From contig JANKJI020000001.1 in NCBI GenBank assembly GCA_024626585.2, forward strand, positions 3,707,515 to 3,726,236: 18,722 nucleotides of DNA, in the 5' to 3' direction. The notes under the pieces were generated by a model, which was given only the letters and a program-made list of their open reading frames with translations, did not search any database and was not told where the DNA came from. The position numbers and the translations under genes are program-made. Source of the stretch: Ginkgo biloba (taxonomy: Eukaryota; Plantae; Ginkgophyta). This document shows positions 10,291 to 18,722 of the stretch, one piece after another; the first letter of the stretch is position 1; each line of letters begins with the position of its first letter.

Positions 10291-13154
10291 ATATAATATA
10301 AAAAATAAATGGTTTATCACTTATAGAAGGGGTCTTAATGTTACTTATAGGTCTCTTTTTAGGCATTCTAGGGTGAATAGTGTGTGGATTCCATCTCTTT
10401 GTNNNNNNNNNNNNNNNNNNNNNNNNNNNNNNNNNNNNNNNNNNNNNNNNNNNNNNNNNNNNNNNNNNNNNNNNNNNNNNNNNNNNNNNNNNNNNNNNNN
10501 NNTGCCTAAACAATATGGTTTATATAAACTTATATATCGTGTGGCATTTGGATCTAGTTTTAGGTCGAATTTAGTGAAATCATAGGGAGTTTGAGAGAAG
10601 GATTCGATAACCAATGGTTAAAAACATATTTGAGAAATAACTATTATGTTGACATATACATTTAATATGAATTTTTGTTTGGTTGATCAAATTAATGATA
10701 TGGAGATAGTGTTTATAATAGTTGGAAACTAATGATTGATTAAAGGAGAAAAGGATGCACCAATGTGNNNNNNNNNNNNNNNNNNNNNNNNNNNNNNNNN
10801 NNNNNNNNNNNNNNNNNNNNNNNNNNNNNCAAAAGGTTGTGCTTTACACACATGCATGCATTGTGGTGATTTCTTCCTTATTATATTTGGAAAAAATTAT
10901 TAATGTACAACATAACATCAGTGTATTATTTAGAAGGGGAATAGGGACAATGACATATTTAAGGAAGAGAAATAGTATGATGTTGCATGAAGTGGGAGTA
11001 TACTAAAATACTAGAGAGAGAAGATGCACAATACCTAGATGATAAAAGTTTAGTGATCTTATTATGCATGCCATATTGGTGTTACTTGATTTTGAAGACC
11101 ACCTTAATTTGCATATGTGATCATGCTTGGATAATTATTTTTTGATGAATAATTGGCATTGAGAGATGGAAGTTACCTTAGGGAAGCCATTATGAGGTAA
11201 TGACATGTGGAAAGTTGGAAAGATCTTTGATAAATGGTTATATAAGCTTTTGGTTTATAGACTGTTAGTGCAATTTGTATTGGAATTTTCTTTTTGTATT
11301 CATATTATTAAAGATTAAGAAAAAAATTACTTCAAGAATTGACAAAGTATGGTGTACTTATATTTTTTTACACACACTAATTTATATTACAGATAAGACA
11401 TACATAATACAATTAGGACTACCAAAAAATAATAAAATCCAAGATTGTCGTATTATTATAACAAAAAAATGATATATAGCATTAGTATATTACAACCTCT
11501 TATATATTATTTATGTGACATTTGTTTCATAGAATAATTACTATTTTACACATTCTTCTAAATAGTGTCAAAAGATATTATTAAAAGAGAAGAGCTTAAT
11601 TTTGTCAAGAACTGAATGCTCGAAATTCATTCAATAAATAATGAAGTTATGTCATATTATGGCTATCTGAGCGAAATTAGAGTCCTTGTGGGCATTGATG
11701 CTTATGAGTTATACCTTACTACCAAACCAAATGCATATTTGAAAAAAGGTGTGCCAGGGAGGCATAGGTATTGAGTTCTTTTGTTCTTAGATGGAAAGCT
11801 AACCATAATATAATATGGAAGAGAATGATGATTAAATATGATAGGTAGAAGAAAATAATATTTTCTCTTCAAAACCAAGCTTAGGATCTAATACCAAATG
11901 ATATACTCATTTGGTAGAAGGATGAAGGAATGAAATTCAAAGCATTGTATAANNNNNNNNNNNNNNNNNNNNNNNNNNNNNNNNNNNNNNNNNNNNNNNN
12001 NNNNNNNNNNNNNNNNNNNNNNNNNNNNNNNNNNNNNNNNNNNNNNNNNNNNNNNNNNNNNNNNNNNNNNNNNNNNNNNNNNNNNNNNNNNNNNNNNNNN
12101 NNNNNNNNNNNNNNNNNNNNNNNNNNNNNNNNNNNNNNNNNNNNNNNNNNNNNNNNNNNNNNNNNNNNNNNNNNNNNNNNNNNNNNNNNNNNNNNNNNNN
12201 NNNNNNNNNNNNNNNNNNNNNNNNNNNNNNNNNNNNNNNNNNNNNNNNNNNNNNNNNNNNNNNNNNNNNNNNNNNNNNNNNNNNNNNNNNNNNNNNNNNN
12301 NNNNNNNNNNNNNNNNNNNNNNNNNNNNNNNNNNNNNNNNNNNNNNNNNNNNNNNNNNNNNNNNNNNNNNNNNNNNNNNNNNNNNNNNNNNNNNNNNNNN
12401 NNNNNNNNNNNNNNNNNNNNNNNNNNNNNNNNNNNNNNNNNNNNNNNNNNNNNNNNNNNNNNNNNNNNNNNNNNNNNNNNNNNNNNNNNNNNNNNNNNNN
12501 NNNNNNNNNNNNNNNNNNNNNNNNNNNNNNNNNNNNNNNNNNNNNNNNNNNNNNNNNNNNNNNNNNNNNNNNNNNNNNNNNNNNNNNNNNNNNNNNNNNN
12601 NNNNNNNNNNNNNNNNNNNNNNNNNNNNNNNNNNNNNNNNNNNNNNNNNNNNNNNNNNNNNNNNNNNNNNNNNNNNNNNNNNNNNNNNNNNNNNNNNNNN
12701 NNNNNNNNNNNNNNNNNNNNNNNNNNNNNNNNNNNNNNNNNNNNNNNNNNNNNNNNNNNNNNNNNNNNNNNNNNNNNNTGTTGGACCAGTTTGTGGGGTC
12801 TGAGTCAAAATTGGGAGGTGTTGGCCACTCCTGACTCCTGTTCTTACACTCCCAAGGATTTGACTTGACTTCATATACATTTGCCTTTGGCTTTTACTGT
12901 AGCCCTTTGGAATATATTTATTTATTTTTGGTAGAAATGGAGATGACCCACCAATATGTATATGAAGCATAATGCAAAATGCCACCTTGATCCTTTTCCT
13001 TTTCCATGAATNNNNNNNNNNNNNNNNNNNTTGTTACACCACTTTGCTTGTAAGGTGGGGGAGCTCTGCCAATTGTGATGGGGAGTAGAGTAGTGTATGG
13101 GATGCATATTCATTACAATTCATTCATGGGCTACCCTTTAAGTCGACATTTAAG

Positions 13155-13323
13155 ATGGTATTGAGTGTGAGAATGGGGAAGAAGTCAAGTGCTCAGCAAA
13201 TGGAACCATCAATAGTGGTGGTTGGCATTTCATTGCAAGAGGAGGAGAGCAAGGAGCTCTTGTCATGGGCTATGAGCGTAGCAGCTTGCCCTGGGGACAC
13301 TGTGGTTGCACTTCATGTAATTG
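13155..13323 (+). CDS. Exon 1 ([10 protein letters not shown]...[11 protein letters not shown]), start of USP-like domain; alternative start ATG at 13173
   Basis: ATG 13155 with an in-frame upstream stop at 13086; donor G|GTAAAC at 13324; phase 1. Confidence 0.85.
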
Positions 13324-16300
13324 GTAAACAAACTGACCCTCACTTGTCTGTTCAAAATGTAAGTGCATATGGTAATTCATTTATTATTTGCAAGGGAGAA
13401 CAAAGCCTGGAGTGGTGAATTTGGTTGTTGCGGTGCTGCAGTTGAAAATGATGATAGAGATTCATTGTTTGCGAAAAAAAGGATCGTCAATGCAAAGGCA
13501 ATCTTGATCAGTTTGTTGGGACCATTCATGGACCTCTGGCAAGCGAAACAGGTGGATTTTTAGTCTAAGGATTTCTGCAGTTTTTATTAATCAATAAACA
13601 TTTACCCATTACTAATTGTTGATTTCATGGTGAAAGATGAAAGTGGAAGCTAAAGTGTTGGTCCATAGCAGTCTGGAAAAGGCTTTAGTGGATGAAACAG
13701 CTGCATTGGGAGCTTCGTTTCTTGTCCTTGGATCTTCAACTTACCAAGTGCCGAGGTGAGTATTTAGTAAAAGTGTTCAAAACAAGTTCTGTTTTTGTTA
13801 AACTCGGAACCCATAGATCTGTAATTTACAGTAGAAAATAGAATTTGATCCATGAATCTTCCCTTGTGGTAACCTCAAAACTCATGGCCCTCCTTCTCAG
13901 CTCTGGGTTCAATTTATCCTGTATTGTAAGCTGTTAATATTAAAAATGCAACCATAGATTATATTCTTGGTCTCTTCTCAACTGTAAGATACTTTCATCA
14001 AAGTTGCATGTATCTCATTTCAAACCAGATGACTTTTTTCACGTTCTCTGGGTTCAAGGGATCTGATTTACTGCCCTTCATTAAGAGTGGCCAAGTATTG
14101 TCTTGAGCATTTACCAACAGAGTGCTCAGTCATTACAGTGAAAGACAGAAGAGATGTACCACTGCAAGGGCTCTTTCCGAATGTCCCACAGGGTGATTCT
14201 CCAAAGTTACCTCAAGAAGGTATGTAAGGCAGCGGTGTTTTGATGTGAACTCTTTAAGCTGAGAAGCAAGATTTAGCCTTCAATTCCTTGATCTGTGAAT
14301 GAGGGAGTATGTTTCGTTTTGAATTCACTCAAGTTCATATGACTTGCAGGCAATCATTGGTTAAATCTGAAATGGCATACAAAGGATGTTGGCAAATCCC
14401 TTGGTTCTCTGCACAAGAAATTCCTCTCCAAGATGTCTTTCCAATCTCGGGAACATGGAGAATTGGCCGACCATATGAACAAAGAAAACAAAAGCTCCCA
14501 TGAGCAAACAGAAAAGCACTCCCCAAGAGGAGTTTTGGAGGTACCAACACTCTGCTTAGATCAGGAGGAATCCTCTCCTACAGATAGTTCATTTGGGTGC
14601 TCTGCTCCTCNNNNNNNNNNNNNNNNNNNNNNNNNNNNNNNNNNNNNNNNNNNNNNNNNNNNNNNNNNNNNNNNNNNNNNNNNNNNNNNNNNNNNNNNNN
14701 NNNNNNNNNNNNNNNNNNNNNNNNNNNNNNNNNNNNNNNNNNNNNNNNNNNNNNNNNNNNNNNNNNNNNNNNNNNNNNNNNNNNNNNNNNNNNNNNNNNN
14801 NNNNNNNNNNNNNNNNNNNNNNNNNNNNNNNNNNNNNNNNNNNNNNNNNNNNNNNNNNNNNNNNNNNNNNNNNNNNNNNNNNNNNNNNNNNNNNNNNNNN
14901 NNNNNNNNNNNNNNNNNNNNNNNNNNNNNNNCCCTAGAATCTGAAAGTCTGTTATATTTGCAGATTGTTGTGTTCAAAAGCTAAAAGGAAGTTTATTGGT
15001 TTGCAGACAATGTAATTGGCCAAGGTGGGTATGCTGAAGTGTACAAGGGAGTCCTCATTGATGGCCAAGCTATAGCAGTGAAGAGATTAATGAATGGGAG
15101 CACAGACGAGCAGAAAGAAAAAGAGTTTCTGACTGAGTTGGGTATAATTGGGCACATTTGCCATCCCAACACAGCTTCATTGCTTGGTTGTTGCATTGAG
15201 AATGGTCTGCATCTCATCTTCCATTTCTCTCCAAATGGCAGCTTGGGTTCTCACCTACATGGTAAGCTCTTTTTGAAAAGATACTAGGTGGATATTTTTT
15301 GCAATGATTATAGAGGCTTTAATGCCCTTGCAGCCCAAGGCCAAAATCTCACATCTTGTTGGCCGAAGCATATTGGTTGGCTGGCTGGGTAGGGTTTTGA
15401 ATGGTCATCCTCACTCGTCCCCTAAATTGTATTGACAGTTTGATACTCGACAATGGGTGGCAAATGAATCAATGCAACTTGTAATTCTCCACCAAACACC
15501 CTACTCCCATACCTTACACCTGAACTTTAAACTAGTTTCATATGAGGATAACTGAATTTTGTGATGAGAGGCTTTCACACTTTGAGCCCAAAAATTATGC
15601 TGCCATTCTACATGCAAAAGAGCCTTTGAGGCGCAACTTTACTGCCAAACTCCAAGCTTGCTTGTAAGTACCGTGGCACTGCCAATGGCCATTGGANNNN
15701 NNNNNNNNNNNTGGAAGGTTACCTATGAGCCTAACTAATGGTGTTGAAATAATGAAATCTCTATACTCATTGAAAGATATTCACCAAATATTCCTGCTCA
15801 GTTTAAGAATTCTTCTTCTTCTCCAATCTCTTCCAATGAATACAAAGTTACGTGCTTGTGTTCCTTAACATTACTTGATTGTTAGTATCTACCCTGTAGG
15901 CAGCAATGGGCTGCGGTATCTAATCGAAAAATGTGCTCAGGTACAAAGACNNNNNNNNNNNNNNNNNNNNNGTACAAGGTTGCAGTTGGTACAGCTAGGG
16001 GGCTGCATTATCTGCACAAGTGTTGCCAACGGCGGATTATTCATAGGGATATCAAGGCTTCCAATGTTCTCCTAGGCACAGATTTTGAGCCCAAAGTGAG
16101 CAAACTCACCATTGAAGATTGATTCCAGATTATGATGAGAATCCAGTTCATGCAGATGCAACACCTTTAATATTGCTACAAAATAGTAAATATCAACTTA
16201 AAANNNNNNNNNNNNNNNNNNNNNNNNNNNNNNNNNNNNNNNNNNNNNNNNNNNNNNNNNNNNNNNNNNNNNNNNNNNNNNNNNNNNGGCACATAACGTG

Positions 16301-17142
16301 CTCTCCTTCTTGACATTCTTTTCTATCAAAGAATTTGCATGTCTAATGTCTTTGCATAAATATTTTTGTATATTCTTCCAACAAGTTTTCCAAAATGGGC
16401 ATGGTTACTGACTCTTTATATGATGTTCAATCTGGAAACATCCTGCACAGGTACCTGGCACCAGAGTATTTTATGCATGGGATAGTTGACGAGAAAACTG
16501 ATGTTTTTGCATTTGGCGTGTTGTTGCTCGAGATTGTCTCTGGTCGGAAGCCTTTTGATCTGTCACAGCAGAACATTTTACAATGGGTCAGTAGACTCAG
16601 TACAAAAGTACTAAAATAACATAGAATGGCGTGTCCTACACCAATGGATTTGTGCTGAATTTCATCTTGTATGGTGCAGGCAAAACCTTCACTGGACTCT
16701 GGAAACATTGAGGAGCTAGCGGATCCAAGACTGCAAGGTCAATATGACATTCATGAGATGAAGAGGGTAGTTTTCACTGCATCTCTGTGCATAAGGCAGT
16801 CGGCAATCTGGCGCCCATCTATGAGCGAGGTCTTTTTTGTTCTTTCCCCTGCCATTCCTGGCACTGAATCTCTGTTCATTCTCTCATTCCAACTCTGGAT
16901 TCAATTTTGGCTTCATTAAATGCTTTGCTAAATGTTTTGGAAAATTGTTGTTTTTCCTTTTCTTTCAGGTTTTGCAGCTCCTGACAGATAGAGACATCCC
17001 TGTGAGAACGGATTGTTGGAAAATGCCAGCATCGAAGCCAGTCGAAATTGATGATTATTGGGATGAATTGAAGATCCTGATAGGTACTACCAATACAACC
17101 AGACAACAGGACAATCATGAGATCAGTTTAACAGATGCTTAG
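13155..17142 (+). CDS. Spliced gene: UspA-like domain + receptor-like cytoplasmic Ser/Thr kinase (RLCK subfamily VI group A, At5g57670/RLCK VI_A1-like, RBK-related). Visible exons: 13155-13323, 13442-13551, 13637-13755, 14059-14219, 14350->14610 (into gap), 15007-15261, 15941-16095, [exon in gap ~16204-16288], 16451-16586, 16680-16829, 16969-17142
   Basis: Manually joined exons have GT..AG boundaries and compatible phases wherever both sides are visible. N-terminus [27 protein letters not shown] / [18 protein letters not shown] / [19 protein letters not shown] is the plant USP-like fold signature. The kinase shows [60 protein letters not shown] and WRPSM. No signal peptide or TM segment seen. 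Confidence 0.93.
13442..13551 (+). CDS. Exon 2 ([16 protein letters not shown]...DLWQAKQ), USP-like domain
   Basis: Acceptor GCTGCAG|, donor CAG|GTGGAT; 110 nt restores phase 0. Confidence 0.85.
13637..13755 (+). CDS. Exon 3 ([40 protein letters not shown]), USP-like domain
   Basis: Not in the ORF track (too short); read manually. Acceptor TGAAAG|, donor AG|GTGAGT; typical USP 'EAKV...ALVDE...FLVLG' segment. Confidence 0.82.
14059..14219 (+). CDS. Exon 4 ([32 protein letters not shown]...KLPQE), end of USP-like domain
   Basis: Acceptor TTCAAG|G gives the correct phase, whereas the upstream CAG at 14028 would hit an in-frame TGA at 14030. Donor G|GTATGT at 14220. 'VAKYC...LP..CSVI.VK' is the USP C-terminal motif. 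Confidence 0.78.
14350..14610 (+). CDS. Exon 5, visible part ([10 protein letters not shown]...SPRGVLE...SSFGCSAP); linker, continues into gap 14611-14931
   Basis: Acceptor TTGCAG|; phase compatible with exon 4; open reading up to the gap (same frame as ORF 14433+). Confidence 0.8.
15007..15261 (+). CDS. Exon 6, kinase subdomains I-V ([14 protein letters not shown]...AVKRL...[16 protein letters not shown]...[12 protein letters not shown])
   Basis: Acceptor TTTGCAG|AC, donor G|GTAAGC; Gly-rich loop, catalytic Lys, alphaC Glu. Confidence 0.95.
15941..16095 (+). CDS. Exon 7, kinase subdomains VIa/VIb (GTKT..gap..[41 protein letters not shown])
   Basis: Acceptor GCTCAG|GT, donor AAA|GTGAG; HRD catalytic loop; the 21-N gap preserves frame. 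Confidence 0.93.
16451..16586 (+). CDS. Exon 9, kinase subdomains VIII-X ([36 protein letters not shown]...LQW)
   Basis: Acceptor GCACAG|G, donor TGG|GTCAGT; APE motif. Confidence 0.95.
16680..16829 (+). CDS. Exon 10, kinase subdomains X-XI ([18 protein letters not shown]...[17 protein letters not shown])
   Basis: Acceptor GTGCAG|GCA, donor GAG|GTCTTT; 150 nt, phase 0. Confidence 0.94.
16969..17142 (+). CDS. Terminal exon (VLQLLTDRD...[10 protein letters not shown]...SLTDA*)
   Basis: Strong polypyrimidine tract + TTTCAG| acceptor; 'VLQLL' completes RPSMSEVLQLL; TAG stop ends at 17142. Confidence 0.88.
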   Translation, partial: VLQLLTDRDIPVRTDCWKMPASKPVEIDDYWDELKILIGTTNTTRQQDNHEISLTDA

Positions 17143-17375
17143 TTTGCCTGGTTGTTGCTCGTCCTTACAGTACTAATCTATCTCTCAGTCATTTTCTCTG
17201 GGAAACTGGAGAAAAAGAAAAGAAGTAGAGTCTGACAGGTGGTTGGCAGCTTTACCCAACTGAAGAATTTGGGCTACAAAATTGTTTTGTTTGTAAAGTT
17301 GTTCCCTGGTTGAACGCCTCACTCAATACCTGCAGAAGGCTCCGCCTTCATGGTTGTCTGAGTTATTAAGACCCC

Positions 17376-17381
17376 AATAAA
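17376..17381 (+). promoter_or_regulatory. Candidate polyadenylation signal AATAAA of the kinase gene
   Basis: AATAAA ~235 nt after the stop codon, followed by T-rich sequence. Confidence 0.35.
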
Positions 17382-18722
17382 TGTTTAGCAATTTTCTAAT
17401 TTATTCTACTCATGTATATTATTGTTGATCTTTGACTGTTTGTTCAAAGCAGCAACCACTTTTGCTTTCAAGGTTTCTGAATTGTTGGTATGCACTTCAG
17501 CAGTCCTCTGTATATGAATACTCTTTTAGCCATGGCTTTACTTCATAATGGATTGTTTGGGCTCACAAATATGCTCAGATATTTTCATAAAATGCACATA
17601 CAGTCCTGAGCAAACAAGCAAAGAAACTCTTTGAAACCCCGTGGTTTGTTTTCCATTGGGACCTTGCACCTGACCATCACATCATGTTATCTTTGCAAAC
17701 TTAGCACATTAAAACAGATATAGATTACTCCATGATCATTCTGAGGCATTCGCCGAACCTACATATCTACTACTATGCCTAATACTTAATAATGTGCAGA
17801 ACCTTAGCTGATTAGTTTTTATGCTGAAATGTCCCCTGAAGCTGAACTCTCTGGAGGGCTGGTTGTGTTGTAGGCTTGAATGGTGAACATCATGGTTGCC
17901 TAATTGTATTAGAAAAGACTCGCTTGTTTTCAATGAAAAGGCCATAAAATGTCCTGTATGAATGTTCCTTGTAGGCTTGAAGTAAGGTTGAACAGGACAC
18001 ATGATATAATTCCTATCAAATCATTGTCAACATGAGTTGGTGTCAACCAGAGTATGTGACTGTGCATGCTTTATTGATTGATGGTGTATGTGGTTTCTAA
18101 ATATGTTTACAATAGATCTAATTCATTACAAGCAATGCAGAGCAATAGCTTTCACTACATTGGCAAATGTTCAGATTTCATGGGGAATTGTAGAGTTAGC
18201 AAAGACCCAAAAACATATCCCATCAGCAAAAAATTTGCATCATATTATACAATAAATCACTTTAGCTGGAATAGAATCTAGAACATCAAGAGTGTCAATT
18301 TTATGTCAAAAGAGAGAAATGCATTTACTGTCATTGAGTGTTTTGAATTTGAATCATGGACCATGTCAGGCCATATCAGCCTTGTAAACAGAAGAAGGCT
18401 CATTTACTTTCTAGCCACACAATGAAAGGAAACCTCTTCTGTTGTATAGAAATGAAAATTTTTGCAATTAAAAAATAAAGAAAATTTTTAAAACCAATCT
18501 CGTCCTTGGAAATTCCTGAATATAAGAGAAGTGTAGGACGGTAGGTTTATGTAATTGCGAGGCCATGCCCTAGGTCTTATGAGGTTTTGGATCGTTCAAT
18601 CTCTTCATATGTATGGTCTGTACTGGCTTTAAGGGAACCTGCATCACAAGTCAGCTCAATCAGCTGTTGCCATCTTCTTTGCTGTTTTATTTCTGTCTAG
18701 GTGGTTGTTCTTTGCAAATTTG

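Noticed and set aside
15682-15695. Perfect 14-bp palindrome CCAATGGCCATTGG in the intron, next to a gap
   Set aside because: Single short instance with no TIR/TSD context; could be chance or a contig-end artefact.
14335-17118. Minus-strand ORFs overlapping kinase exons (14335-14550, 14993-15217, 16427-16708, 16876-17118)
   Set aside because: Antisense shadows of real exons.
17736-18281. Short ORFs downstream of the gene (17736-18002 minus, 18078-18281 plus)
   Set aside because: No protein motifs; lengths expected by chance.
1-18722. Prokaryotic-type systems (CRISPR array, operon, rRNA/tRNA genes)
   Set aside because: The sequence is an intron-containing plant locus; I saw no regularly spaced repeats or structured RNA gene signatures.

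Overview
Eukaryotic (land-plant) genomic DNA from a fragmented draft scaffold with many N gaps; probably a large-genome seed plant such as a gymnosperm (inference from the repeat landscape). Positions ~1-11,900 are AT-rich, CpG-poor and made of heavily decayed retrotransposon-like relics. These include a long stop-riddled + strand ORF (~220-3790) with an internal duplication, a minus-strand LTR/PBS(tRNA-Met)/gag-start junction (~6700-7750), and further decayed minus-strand ORF fragments (~9100-10,290). Positions 13,155-17,142 hold one spliced + strand gene: a receptor-like cytoplasmic Ser/Thr kinase of the RLCK VI_A class with an N-terminal universal-stress-protein (UspA)-like domain, most similar in architecture and motifs to Arabidopsis At5g57670 (RLCK VI_A1). 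Ten exons are visible, and the DFG/activation-loop exon is inferred to lie in an assembly gap. I find no convincing evidence for a wholly new biological system. The best leads are the accessory ORF relics of the retroelements, a cluster of GAATATTC (HSE/P1BS-type) palindromes, an overlapping uORF, and a possible non-canonical splice site in the kinase gene.
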